Below, piece after piece: positions 20,650 through 30,762 of a stretch of 64,000 nt of DNA. The stretch's first letter is position 1. The number at the start of each line of letters is the position of its first letter. Origin of the DNA: an uncultured Actinomycetes bacterium (GTDB lineage Bacteria; Actinomycetota; Acidimicrobiia; IMCC26256; DASPTH01); contig CAWARX010000007.1 in NCBI GenBank assembly GCA_963784595.1, positions 66,652 through 130,651 of the forward strand. The letters are read 5' to 3'. Position numbers and translations under genes: made by a program. The notes beneath the pieces are model-generated. The model was not told the DNA's origin, ran no database searches, and was given only the letters and a program-made list of their open reading frames with translations.

Positions 20650-20729
20650 GGGGGCGAGGTTGGTCGCGATCGATGCCCGGAGCAAGTCGAACCGCCGTAC
20701 GCTGCGGTCGGGTAACGCACGGGGGTGTG

Positions 20730-23212
20730 ATGCAGCGGTTCTGGTCCTACATCGCGGTGCAGCTGGGCAAGCACGCGTTCTGGGTCACCGCGATCGGGCT
20801 GCTGGTCACGATCGGGCTCGGGCTCGGCATCACCCAGCTCCAGTTCGCGACCGGCCAGGACAGCTACCTCAACACCAACGAGGCGGTCTACAAGGACAAC
20901 GTCGTGTACCAGCGCCTCTTCGGCGGCGAGGCGATGCTCACCGTGATCTCGCTGGACAAGGGCCACACGGTCGACGAGCTCTTCACCGCCGACGGTGTCC
21001 GGCAGTTCCAGGACTTCGCCAACACGCTGCAGAAGAGCGGCGAGGTCGAATCGGTGGTGAGCCCGCTGACGATCCTGCGCTTCTCGGACTCGTTGGTCTC
21101 GAGCCCGGATGGCAACCCGACGAACAGCCCCGCGGCCAAAGCCCTGCTCGCCGCCCAGGCGGAGGAGCCTGCCGGGTCGCCGGCCGCAACAGCCCGGGCG
21201 GAGGATTCGGTCACGACGCTGAAGCGACTCACCGCGGTTCCGGAGGCCGAGCGCACCTTCGCCAACCCCGAGTGGGTCAAGTTCCTCCTCTACAACAACC
21301 AGGGCGAGGTCCGGAAGGCACTGCGCTCGGTGTTCATCAACGACCACACCGCGCAGATCGTGACGCGGCTGCCGGGGAACTTGTCGTTGGCCAATGAAGG
21401 CAAGGCCGCGGTCCTCGTACAGGACGAGGCGTCGAAGCTCCACTTCGACAACACGACGACGGTCACCACGGGCGCCGCCGTGCTGCTCAAGGACATCAAC
21501 GACTACCTCCGCGGCGGCATGCTCACGCTCGGCGGGATCGCGGTGTTGATCATGGTGGTGATCCTGCTGGTGCTGTTCCAGGTCCGGTGGCGCCTCCTTC
21601 CCCTGCTCGTGGTGCTCATCGGCGTGATCTGGGCGTTCGGCCTGGCCGGCTACCTCGGCATCCCGCTCACGATCGTCACCATCGCCGGGCTGCCGGTGAT
21701 GCTCGGGATCGGGATCGACTACGCCATCCAGATGCACGCCGCGGGTCGAGGAAGAGGTGGTGATCGACCGGTCCGAGCACCCGATCCAGGAGACGGCCCG
21801 CAATCTCGGGCCCGCGCTGCTCGTGGTCACCTTCGACGCCATCTTCGCGTTCGCCGCGCTGCATTTCGCCAAGGTGCCCATGATCCGCGACTTCGGGTTG
21901 CTGCTCGCGGTCGGGATCGCCGCCATCTGCATCGGATCGATCATCCTGCCCCTCGCCATCCTCGGCATCCGCGAGTTCAAGTCGCCCACCAAGGGTCGGG
22001 ACTTCCGGGCCGGGCCGCTCGGCCGGTTCGTGGTGTGGTTGGGCAGCATCCCGGCGCGTGCCGCGGTGCTGTTCGCGATCGCCAGCGTGGCGATCTTCCT
22101 CGGTGGGATCGCGGTGGAAGGCAAGCTCACACTCCAGACCGACCCGGTGCAGTGGGTCGACCAGAGCAGCCAGACGATCAAGGACATCCACCAGGTCCAG
22201 CGGGAGGCGGGCGGATCGAGCGAGCTCGGTATCTTCGCGACCGGCAGCGATGTCTTCACCGACAAGTTCGCGACGTTCGCGCACGACTTCACCGAGCAGA
22301 CCCTGCGCCGGTACCCGAAGCAGCTGCTCACCGGTTCGAGCATCGAGACGGCGATCGGCGACATCGTGAACGATGTGCCCGGCGGTTCCGATCTCGCGCC
22401 CGCGGTGTCGACGTGCGGAACGCCTACGACGTCGCGCCCGCGGACGTGAAACGTTCGACCGTGAGCGAGGGAGGGCAGGCGTTCAACATCGTCTTCCGGA
22501 CCGGCCCCGGATCTTTGGAGACGCTCGCCCCGGTGGTACGTGGCATCCGGGCCGACACCAAGCCACCGGCCGGCATCGCGGCGACACCCTCGGGTCTCGC
22601 GGTGGTGGGCGTCGGATTGCTCGACAACCTCGAGGCGAACCGCATCGAGCTCACGTACCTCGCGATCCTCTTCGTGTTCCTGTTCCTCACGGTGCGGCTG
22701 CGCTCCATCATCCGTTCACTCCTGTCGCTCGTGCCGGTGCTCATCGCGGTGGGGGTCTCGTCGTTGGTCGCGTACTTCGTTCAGCATCGAGCTCAGCCCG
22801 ATGACCGCGGTGGGGGGCCCGCTCGTCATCGCGGCCTGTACCGAGTTCACGTCGCTCATCCTGCTGCGGTACGTGGAGGAACGACGGCGCGGTCTACGAG
22901 CCCCGCGAGGCGATGGATGTCGCCGCATCCCGGACGGGACGTGCCTTCGTGGTGTCGGGGCTCACCGCGATCGCCGGGGTCGCGGTGCTGTCGTTCTCGT
23001 CGCTGCCGTTGTTGCGGGACTTCGGCCGCATCGTGGCGATGAACGTGACCGTGGCGTTGTTGAGCGCGCTCGTGGTGCTGCCGCCGCTGCTCGTGTGGGC
23101 GGACAAGCGCAATTGGGTCTCGCGCGGGCTCATCCACAAGGCGCCCGAGCCCTTCATCCCGACGCCGCCGATGGGTGGCGGCGCGCCGGCGACGCCCAAG
23201 GCTCCGTCATGA
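20730..23212 (+). pseudogene. MMPL/RND-superfamily lipid exporter, four apparent frameshifts
   Basis: Family sequence can be followed through ORFs 20673..23042 (from the ATG at 20730), 21757..22449, back to 20673.., then 22540..23238 and 22913..23212. The joins are IDYAIQMHA|RVEEEVV (~21740), DLAPAV|VDVRNAY (~22405), SLVAYF|FSIELSPMTAVGGP (~22777) and EERRRG|VYEPREAMDVAASRTGRAF (~22887). Confidence 0.8.
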
Positions 23213-23286
23213 TGCGGGCGGTCGACCCCGCGCCCTAACGTGGAGCCAGTGCGCTGACCGGGCGACACGGTGACGGGGGAGCGACG

Positions 23287-24951
23287 ATGGCGAACGAGAC
23301 GGTGATCAAGGGCGGGACGGTCGTCGACGGGACCGGAACCCCGGGGGTACGGGCCGACGTCGCCATGGCCGGGGGCCGGATCACCGAGATCGGGCCCGAC
23401 CTCGACGGCGACCGTGTGCTCGAGGCCGGGGAGTGCATCGTCGCTCCGGGCTTCATCGACATCCACACCCATTACGACGCGCAGGTGTTCTGGGACCCCG
23501 CGCTCACGCCGTCGTGCTACCACGGCGTCACCACGGTGGTCGCGGGCAACTGCGGGTTCTCCATCGCGCCGACGCGCGCCGAGCACCGCAACCTGATCGC
23601 GCGCACTCTCGAGAACGTGGAAGACATGGACGTCGCCGCGCTGGAGGCGGGGATCCCTTGGGACTTCTCCACGTTTCCCGAGTACCTCGCGTCGGTCGCG
23701 CACCACGGCGTCGGGATCAACTTCGCCGCCTACATCGGGCACACCGCGCTCCGCCTGTTCGTGATGGGCGACGACGCCTACGAGCGCACCGCGACGCCCG
23801 AAGAGACGGCGGCGATGCAACGGGTACTGCGCGAGGCGATGGACGCCGGCGCGGCCGGCTTCGCCACCAGCTTCGCGATCCCGCACCGCGGGATCGACGG
23901 CAAGCCCGTCCCCAGCCGCTTCGCCGACCGCGCTGAGTTCGAGGCGCTGCTCGACACGATGCGCGACGTCGGTCGCGGGGTCGTGTCGATCGCGCCGGGC
24001 GACCCGTGCCCGCCGGCCGACATGTTCGATCTGCAACTCAAGGTCGGGGTGCCCTTCACCTGGGGCGCGTTGCTCACCATGCCCGGGCGGAATTACCAGC
24101 AGGCGCTCGAGGCGAACCGTGCCGGTTGGGAACGCGGTGCCGAGGTGTGGCCGCAGGTGACCCCGCGGCCGCTGACGTTCCAGTTCACACTCGACTCGCC
24201 GTACCCGCTCGCGGTGAACAAGCACTTCGCGGCGCTGCAGAACGCGTCGGTCGAAGAGCGCACGCGTGCGTACGCCGATCCGTCGTGGCGCGAGCAGATG
24301 ATGGAGGGCATGGGCAAGGCCGGGAGCTTCGGGCTGCGGTGGGACACCTACACGATCGGCCAGAGCGAGGTGCACCCTGAGCTCGTCGACCGGAAGCTCG
24401 TCGACATCGCCGCCGAGCGCGGTTCCGAACCGATCGACTGCCTGCTCGACCTCGCCCTCGAAGAGCCCGGGCTCGCGCTCCGGGTGCGAACGATCATTGC
24501 CAACGACGACGAAGCGGGTGTCGCCGATCTCCTCGTCGACGACCACTGCGTGCTCGGGCTGTCGGACGCCGGCGCCCATGCCGGCCAGCTGTGCGACGCG
24601 CCCCAGGCCACCGACCTCCTCGGTGGATGGGTGCGCGACCGAGGCGTGATGCCGGTCGAGCAGGCGGTGCGCAAGCTCAGCGGTCAGCAGGCCGACGTGT
24701 TCGGCTTCGCCGACCGCGGCTACCTGCGCCGGGGCGCCTGGGCCGACGTGGCCGTGTTCGACCCCGCGACGGTCGCGCCCGGTCCGGTGCACCGCGTGCG
24801 CGACTTCCCGGCCGGGGCGGAGCGGCTCACCGCCGACCAGCCGGTCGGCATGCAGCACGTCGTGGTGAACGGCACGCCGGTGCAGGTGGACGGGAAGCGC
24901 ACCGACGCCGCGAACGCGGGCCGGGTGGTGCGACCGTCGGCGAAGTCGTGA
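23287..24951 (+). CDS. N-acyl-D-amino-acid deacylase (D-aminoacylase) family amidohydrolase
   Basis: Intact 554-aa ORF with VIKGGTVVDGTG, APGFIDIHTHYD and LGLSDAGAH. Confidence 0.85.
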   Translation: MANETVIKGGTVVDGTGTPGVRADVAMAGGRITEIGPDLDGDRVLEAGECIVAPGFIDIHTHYDAQVFWDPALTPSCYHGVTTVVAGNCGFSIAPTRAEHRNLIARTLENVEDMDVAALEAGIPWDFSTFPEYLASVAHHGVGINFAAYIGHTALRLFVMGDDAYERTATPEETAAMQRVLREAMDAGAAGFATSFAIPHRGIDGKPVPSRFADRAEFEALLDTMRDVGRGVVSIAPGDPCPPADMFDLQLKVGVPFTWGALLTMPGRNYQQALEANRAGWERGAEVWPQVTPRPLTFQFTLDSPYPLAVNKHFAALQNASVEERTRAYADPSWREQMMEGMGKAGSFGLRWDTYTIGQSEVHPELVDRKLVDIAAERGSEPIDCLLDLALEEPGLALRVRTIIANDDEAGVADLLVDDHCVLGLSDAGAHAGQLCDAPQATDLLGGWVRDRGVMPVEQAVRKLSGQQADVFGFADRGYLRRGAWADVAVFDPATVAPGPVHRVRDFPAGAERLTADQPVGMQHVVVNGTPVQVDGKRTDAANAGRVVRPSAKS

Positions 24952-25790
24952 GCCGGGCCACTGACCAGCCGGTCATCATCGAGGCCGCGATCAACGGCGC
25001 CGACCCTGCTGCGCCGCGCCTACCCGACGAGATCGCCACGACCGCGCTGGCCTGCTTCGATGCCGGTGCCGCGATCGTGCACAACCACATCGACGTCATG
25101 GGGGCTGAAGCCGACGCCGTCGCCGCCCGCTATCGGGAAGGCTGGGATCCGGTGCTCGCGGCGAGGCCCGACGCGTTGTTGTACCCGACGATCAACGGGA
25201 TCGGCCCGGTGGAGGAGCGCTACTCCCACGTCGCGCCCTTGGCCGAGTCGGGCGCCCTGCGCATCGGTGTGAGCGATCCGGGATCGGTCAACCTCGGCCC
25301 GCGCTTCGCGTACGTGAACTCGGGCGACGACATCGCGTACCAGTGGAGCCTCTGTGAGCGCTACGACCTCGTACCGACGCTGGCCATCTTCGAGCCCGGT
25401 TTCCTCCGAGCCGCGCTGTCGTACTGGCGCGTGGGGAGGTATCCGGCCGGCACGATGATCCGCTTCTACTTTGGCGGCGACGAGCCCGAAGCCGACGGTG
25501 GCTTCTGGTTCGGCATGCCGCCCACCTCGGTGTCGCTCGACGCCTACCTCGCCATGCTCGACGGCTGCCCACTGCCGTGGTCGGTCGCGGTCCTCGGCGG
25601 CGACCTCTTCGCCACGGAGCTCCCGGAGCTCGCGCTCGAACGCGGTGGGCACCTCCGCGTCGGGTTCGAGGACCACCGGGGCGACGCGGCCACCAACGAG
25701 GAGCTCGTCGCCCGCGCCGCGAAGCTCGTCGAGCAGTCCGGCCGTCCGCTCGCCACCTGTGCGGAGACCGCCGCCGTGCTCGGGCTCTGA
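24948..25790 (+). CDS. 3-keto-5-aminohexanoate cleavage enzyme family (BKACE/DUF849)
   Basis: In the frame of ORF 24591..25790. The GTG at 24948 overlaps the upstream TGA (GTGA). It has the TIM-barrel-type opening VIIEAAINGA and the C-terminal GGHLRVGFED. Confidence 0.75.
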   Translation: MSRATDQPVIIEAAINGADPAAPRLPDEIATTALACFDAGAAIVHNHIDVMGAEADAVAARYREGWDPVLAARPDALLYPTINGIGPVEERYSHVAPLAESGALRIGVSDPGSVNLGPRFAYVNSGDDIAYQWSLCERYDLVPTLAIFEPGFLRAALSYWRVGRYPAGTMIRFYFGGDEPEADGGFWFGMPPTSVSLDAYLAMLDGCPLPWSVAVLGGDLFATELPELALERGGHLRVGFEDHRGDAATNEELVARAAKLVEQSGRPLATCAETAAVLGL

Positions 25791-25799
25791 CGGCTCCGG

Positions 25800-26225
25800 T
25801 TACGTCGCGTCGACGAGCAGTGGCTCGATCCAGGCGTGCAGTTGCTCGGCGCCCTGAGCACCGACGCTCCGATCGACGAGCCGGCCGTGACGGAACATCA
25901 GCAGCGTCGGAATTCCCTGCACCTGGAACCGTTGGGCGGTCGCCGGGCTCTCGTCGACGTTCACCTTGACGAGCTTCATCCGGCCCCGGAGCCGCCGGGC
26001 GACGTCCTCGAGCGCGGGCGAGATCATCCGGCACGGTCCGCACCATGGTGCCCAGAGGTCGACGACCACTGGCAGGGTCGCCTGTTCCACGACGGTGGAG
26101 AAGTCGCCGTCTCCCGCCTCGGTGATCCACGGCAGATCCTGGCGGCACCGGGCGCACCGGGGTCGGCCACTCGCAGCCGCGGGCACCCGATTCTTCTTGC
26201 CGCAGTCCGGACATACGACGACCAC
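25800..26225 (-). CDS. trxC: Thioredoxin with N-terminal zinc-finger (Trx2/TrxC type)
   Basis: This is the last 141 codons of ORF 25800..27440. It has CPDCGKKNRV...CARCRQDL followed by the active site WAPWCGPCR. The GTG start at 26225 was chosen by comparison with Trx2 architecture. Confidence 0.8.
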   Translation of the reverse strand: MVVVCPDCGKKNRVPAAASGRPRCARCRQDLPWITEAGDGDFSTVVEQATLPVVVDLWAPWCGPCRMISPALEDVARRLRGRMKLVKVNVDESPATAQRFQVQGIPTLLMFRHGRLVDRSVGAQGAEQLHAWIEPLLVDAT

Positions 26226-26318
26226 ACTCCATTGTGGCCCACCCGCATCCCAATCCGCACGTGCGGCGGTGCGCTCGCCGGGGGGCGCGGTCCGGGCATG
26301 CTGTGCCGGGGGTCGGAC

Positions 26319-26954
26319 ATGAACGGAACGTCGTCGATACTGCTCGGGGTCGCGCTCGCGATCGCCGCTTTCGACTGGTTCGCCGTCGCGCGGAGGGTGC
26401 GCGCCCTGGAGTACGCGGTTAAGCCGGCCGCCGCGCTGGCGTTCCTGGCCACCGCCGCGACGCTGGATCCGGCGTCGAGCACCGCGCGGGCGTGGTTCTG
26501 CGCCGCGCTCGTCGCGTGCGTCTCGGGCGACCTGTTCCTGATGCTTCCCACCGACGCGTTCATCGCCGGCCTCGCGTCGTTCGCAGTCGCCCAGGTCTGC
26601 TTCACGGTCGGGTTCGCCAACCAGGATCCGACCCTCCTGCGCCTCGTGATCGGTGTGATCCTCGTCGCGGCCGTCGCCGTTCCCCTGGCGGCCCGCTTCG
26701 TGCGGTCGTTGCGCGCCGCGGGCGAGCCTGCACTCGTCCCTCCGGTCGTCGCCTACGTCGTGGTCATCGCCGCGATGGTGGTGAGCGCGTTGGCCGGAGG
26801 GAACGCGTGGGGCATCGCGGGCGCGGTGCTGTTCCTCGTCTCCGACTCGCTCATCGCCGAGAACCGTTTCGTGGTGGCGCGCCCGTGGGCACCACTCGCG
26901 GTGATCGTCACCTACCACCTCGCGCTTGCTGCTCTCGTGGTCGGCCTCGTCTGA
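26319..26954 (+). CDS. YhhN/lysoplasmalogenase family membrane protein
   Basis: Read from the ATG at 26319 in ORF 25836..26954. It has about 8 hydrophobic segments and YhhN-like motifs (CVSGDLFLM, LFLVSDSLIAENRF). Confidence 0.7.
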   Translation: MNGTSSILLGVALAIAAFDWFAVARRVRALEYAVKPAAALAFLATAATLDPASSTARAWFCAALVACVSGDLFLMLPTDAFIAGLASFAVAQVCFTVGFANQDPTLLRLVIGVILVAAVAVPLAARFVRSLRAAGEPALVPPVVAYVVVIAAMVVSALAGGNAWGIAGAVLFLVSDSLIAENRFVVARPWAPLAVIVTYHLALAALVVGLV

Positions 26955-27032
26955 GGGGGTCCGGGGACTACACCTTTCCCAGCGGCCCGGGTACCGTGAC
27001 CGGTACAGCGCATCCGCCGGGGGAGGACACCC

Positions 27033-28295
27033 ATGCACGTCGACGACCTGATCCTCGTGAGCATCGACGACCACGTGGTCGAGCCGCCCGACATGTTCGA
27101 GCGCCACGTGCCGGCGAAGTGGGCCGACCACGCGCCGAAGGTCGTGACGGACGACGACGGCATCGAGAAGTGGGTGTTCGAGGGTCAGACCGCGGGGATG
27201 ATGGGCCTCAACGCCGTCGTCACGTGGCCGAAGGAGGAATGGGGTTTCGACCCGGTCGGCTTCGCCGAGATGCGACCGGGTGCCTACGACATCCACGAGC
27301 GCGTGCGCGACATGAACCGCAACGGCATCCTGTCGTCGATGTGCTTCCCGACGTTCGCCGGCTTCAGTGCCGGCACCTTCCAGGCCGCGCGGGACAAGGA
27401 CCTCGCGCTGGTCATGGTGCAGGCCTACAACGACTGGCACATCGACGAGTGGGTCGGCGCCTATCCCGATCGCTTCATCCCGCTGGCCATCCCCCCGGTG
27501 TGGGATCCGGAGGCGCTCGCCGCCGAGGTGCGCCGGGTCGCGGCGAAGGGCTGCCGGGCGATCACCATGCCCGAGCTACCGCACATCCAGGGCCTGCCGA
27601 GCTACCACAACCTCGACTACTGGGACCCGTTCTTCCGTGCTGTCTCCGAGGAGCAGGTCGTGATGTGCCTGCACATCGGCCAGGGGTTCAGCGCCATCAA
27701 CGGCGCGCCCGACGGGCCCATCGACAACCTCATCATCCTGGCCACCCAGGTCTCCGCGATCGCCGCCCAGGATCTCCTCTGGGGCGGCGCCATGCGCACC
27801 TACCCCGACCTCAAGATCGCGTGGTCGGAGGCGGGGATCGGCTGGATCCCCTTCTACCTCGACCGGTGCGACAAGCACTACAAGAACCAGCGCTGGCTGG
27901 GCCACGACTTCGGTGACCAGCTCCCGAGCGACATCTTCCGCGACCACTCGCTCGCCTGCTACGTGACCGACCCGACCGCGCTCAAGGTGCGTCACGACAT
28001 CGGCATCGACATCATCGCCTGGGAGTGCGACTACCCGCACTCCGACTCGATCTGGCCCGACGCGCCGGAACTCGTGTTGGCCGACCTCGACGCCGCAGGC
28101 GCTTCCGACGAAGACATCAACAAGATCACCTGGCAGAACACCTGCCGCTTCTTCGGCTACGACGCGTTCCGCCACATCGATCAAAGGGACGCCACCGTCG
28201 CCGCGCTACGGGCCCAGTCGCCCGACGTCGACACCTCGACCCGGACGCGCGCCGAGTGGCGCGCGCGCTACGAGGCGGCCCACGCCGCTTCCTAG
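27033..28295 (+). CDS. Amidohydrolase-2 family protein
   Basis: Intact 420-aa ORF with SIDDHVVEPPDMFERHVP and WECDYPHSDS. It is a paralog of the genes at 10451 and 54758. Confidence 0.85.
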   Translation: MHVDDLILVSIDDHVVEPPDMFERHVPAKWADHAPKVVTDDDGIEKWVFEGQTAGMMGLNAVVTWPKEEWGFDPVGFAEMRPGAYDIHERVRDMNRNGILSSMCFPTFAGFSAGTFQAARDKDLALVMVQAYNDWHIDEWVGAYPDRFIPLAIPPVWDPEALAAEVRRVAAKGCRAITMPELPHIQGLPSYHNLDYWDPFFRAVSEEQVVMCLHIGQGFSAINGAPDGPIDNLIILATQVSAIAAQDLLWGGAMRTYPDLKIAWSEAGIGWIPFYLDRCDKHYKNQRWLGHDFGDQLPSDIFRDHSLACYVTDPTALKVRHDIGIDIIAWECDYPHSDSIWPDAPELVLADLDAAGASDEDINKITWQNTCRFFGYDAFRHIDQRDATVAALRAQSPDVDTSTRTRAEWRARYEAAHAAS

Positions 28296-29335
28296 CGTTC
28301 GTCGCGCACGCGCACCACGATCCGACCCACCGTCTGGCGGCGCTCCATCGCGTCGAGCGCAGCCGGGAGCTCTTCGAACGGCACGTCGAGCCCGACGAGT
28401 GGCCGGACCGCGCCCTGCTCGACGAGCGCGAGGATCTCCGAGTGGAGCTCCTCGGCGTCCCGGCGGGACACGAAGTTCGAGCCGACCGCCTGCTTCACCG
28501 CGAGTGGATCGTCGACGTAGGCCAGGCACACGCCCACCAACGAGAAGTTCCCGAAGATGATCGGACGCGGCACGAGGCCCTCGTCCTCGGCCTCGATCCC
28601 GGATGCGAACCCGGCGAGCAGGTGTCGCCCGCCGAACGCCATGCACCCGAACGTGCGCGTCGTCGTCTCGCCGCCGACGGTGTCGAACGCCACGTCGACC
28701 CCGCGGCCACCGGTCGCCTCGAGCGCGCCGGCCACGAAGTCGGTGGCGCGGGTGTCGATGGCCACGTCGGCACCGAGCTGCGCGCAGAAGTGGGCCTTCT
28801 CGGCCGAACCGGCGAGCGCGATCACCTGGGTGCCGGCGTGGCGGGCCAACTGCACCGCGGCTGAGCCCACACCACCGGCGGCGGCGTGGATCAGCACCGT
28901 CTCGCCGGCCTCGACGCGCGCGCGCCGGTACAGCGCGAGCGCGGCGAGGTGGAACGGCATCAGGATCGCCGCGGCGTCCGGCAGCGGGATGCTGCCGGGC
29001 ATCGGGAAGGTCATGGTCGCCGGGGCGACCGCGACCTCCGCGTACCCTCCGAACGCGCCGCTCGGGACGGCGACGACACGCGTCCCGACCAGCTCGGGAT
29101 CGACGCCGTCGCCGACCGACGCGACCGAGCCGAGCACCTCCATGCCCGGGGTGTACGGCGCGGGGACGGGCACGGTCCGGTACCGACCGTAGATGCCGTC
29201 GATGTCGTTGAAGTTGAGCGTCGCCGCGTCGACCCTGATCTGCACCTCACCGGGGCCCGGAGCGGGGACGTCCAGGTCTTCGAGGTGCAGCACGTCGCGC
29301 GGCGTGCCGTGTTCGATCGCTCGCCAGGCTCGCAT
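28292..29335 (-). CDS. NADPH:quinone oxidoreductase-like MDR dehydrogenase
   Basis: 347-aa ORF with the zeta-crystallin-like motif VLIHAAAGGVGSAAVQLA and no catalytic Zn ligand motif. Confidence 0.8.
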   Translation of the reverse strand: MRAWRAIEHGTPRDVLHLEDLDVPAPGPGEVQIRVDAATLNFNDIDGIYGRYRTVPVPAPYTPGMEVLGSVASVGDGVDPELVGTRVVAVPSGAFGGYAEVAVAPATMTFPMPGSIPLPDAAAILMPFHLAALALYRRARVEAGETVLIHAAAGGVGSAAVQLARHAGTQVIALAGSAEKAHFCAQLGADVAIDTRATDFVAGALEATGGRGVDVAFDTVGGETTTRTFGCMAFGGRHLLAGFASGIEAEDEGLVPRPIIFGNFSLVGVCLAYVDDPLAVKQAVGSNFVSRRDAEELHSEILALVEQGAVRPLVGLDVPFEELPAALDAMERRQTVGRIVVRVRDER

Positions 29336-29350
29336 CGCGGGAGGGGCCGA

Positions 29351-30535
29351 CTAGGCAGCGGGGTCGAGCGCGAGCGGCAGGTTCGAGAGGCCCCGCACGT
29401 TGCTCGAATAGGCCCTCACCATCGGCTGCTTGAGCTCGTAGTTCGGGTAGCGCGCCAACAGCTCCTCGAACGCGATCCGCGTCTCGAGCCGGGCCAGCGC
29501 CGCGCCCACGCAGAGATGGATACCGAATCCGAATCCGACGTGGCGCTCGATCTCCCGATGGATGTCGAAGTATTCAGGGTCCGGGAACGCCCGCTCGTCG
29601 TGGTTGGCGGCACCGGTGACGAGGATGACGCGCGATTCGGCGGGGATGGTCACGCCGTGCATCGTCACGTCGCGCTCGACCCACCGGCCCTGGTAGTGCG
29701 ACGGTGGGTCCCACCGCAGCATCTCCTCGATCGCGCCCGGGATCAGCGATGGGTCGGCCACCAGCTCGGAACGTTGGTCGGGGTACCAGTCGAGCGCGAC
29801 CACGCCGTTGGCGATGAGCTTGGCCGTGGTCTCGTGGCCCGCGATGGTGAGCTCGAGCAGCCGGTAGGCCACCTGCTGGTGGGTGAGCGCGACCTCGTTG
29901 CCGTCGTCGTCGTTCACCCGCGCGGTGAGGAGCATCGAGGCGATGTCATCACCGAGGTGCTTTGCCTTCGTGCCGACGATCTCGGTCAACAGCGTCATCA
30001 CTTCGATCATCGCGTTCTGGGTGTCGTCGGTGGTGTTGCCGAACTCGTCGGCCTCGGTGCGGTCGAGGATGCGGTCGGAGAGGTGCCGCAGCTCGGTGCG
30101 GGTCTCGACCGGCAGCCCGAGCATCTCGGCGATCACCATCATCGGCAGGTGGGTCGAGAACTCGGCGACGATGTCGATCTCACCTCGGTCGCGTGCGCCG
30201 TCGAGCACCTCGCCCGCGATGGCGCGTACCTTCGGCTCGAGGTCGGCGATCGCCCGCGGCGTGAACACGCGCGACACGAGCTTGCGGTGCCAGCCGTGAC
30301 CGGGCTCGTCCCGCGTGATGAGGAGATCCTGACCCTGGTCGTAGCCCTCGATGGTCACGCCGTGCGACGACACGAAGGTGGCCGGGTCGAGGTGGGCCTG
30401 GAGCACGTCGTCGAAGCGCGAGAGCGCGTAGAAGCCGATCTCGGGGTTGTGGTACACGGGCGACTCGTCGCGCAGCCATCGATACACCGGGAACGGATTG
30501 GTCTGGGTGTCGCGCGCGAACGGGTTGTACTCCAC
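29351..30535 (-). CDS. Cytochrome P450
   Basis: 394-aa ORF with the heme loop FGFGIHLCVGAALAR, EXXR (EEMLRW) and the I-helix AGHETT. Confidence 0.9.
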   Translation of the reverse strand: MEYNPFARDTQTNPFPVYRWLRDESPVYHNPEIGFYALSRFDDVLQAHLDPATFVSSHGVTIEGYDQGQDLLITRDEPGHGWHRKLVSRVFTPRAIADLEPKVRAIAGEVLDGARDRGEIDIVAEFSTHLPMMVIAEMLGLPVETRTELRHLSDRILDRTEADEFGNTTDDTQNAMIEVMTLLTEIVGTKAKHLGDDIASMLLTARVNDDDGNEVALTHQQVAYRLLELTIAGHETTAKLIANGVVALDWYPDQRSELVADPSLIPGAIEEMLRWDPPSHYQGRWVERDVTMHGVTIPAESRVILVTGAANHDERAFPDPEYFDIHREIERHVGFGFGIHLCVGAALARLETRIAFEELLARYPNYELKQPMVRAYSSNVRGLSNLPLALDPAA

Positions 30536-30734
30536 GATCAGGTCCCCCTCGATGTCGTGTCCGTCCTGACCCCGTCACCGTACGTCACCCGGGAAGGGTT
30601 CTGCCGACGACCCGTGCATCGGTCACGGGATCGCCTGAACGGTTTCCCGGACGCGCCCACCGTGAACCGGTGGAGGTGTATCCCGGGGGCTACCCGCGGC
30701 GCTGGCGGGCGTCGCCGGCCTCATGGCCGCGGTC

Positions 30735-30762
30735 GGGACGGCCTGGGCGTTCAGGCCGTCCC
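30735..30762 (-). terminator. Perfect 11-bp stem hairpin spanning the add stop codon (terminator-like, no U-tract)
   Basis: The sequence is gggacggcctg-ggcgtt-caggccgtccc, at the 3' end of the minus-strand add gene. Confidence 0.35.

Noticed and set aside
26255-26266. A perfect 12-bp palindrome, ccgcacgtgcgg, in the divergent trxC/yhhN promoter region as a possible operator.
   Set aside because: A single 6+6 palindrome made of G/C-rich sequence is expected by chance about once in the few kb of intergenic DNA here. No second copy and no nearby regulator were seen.
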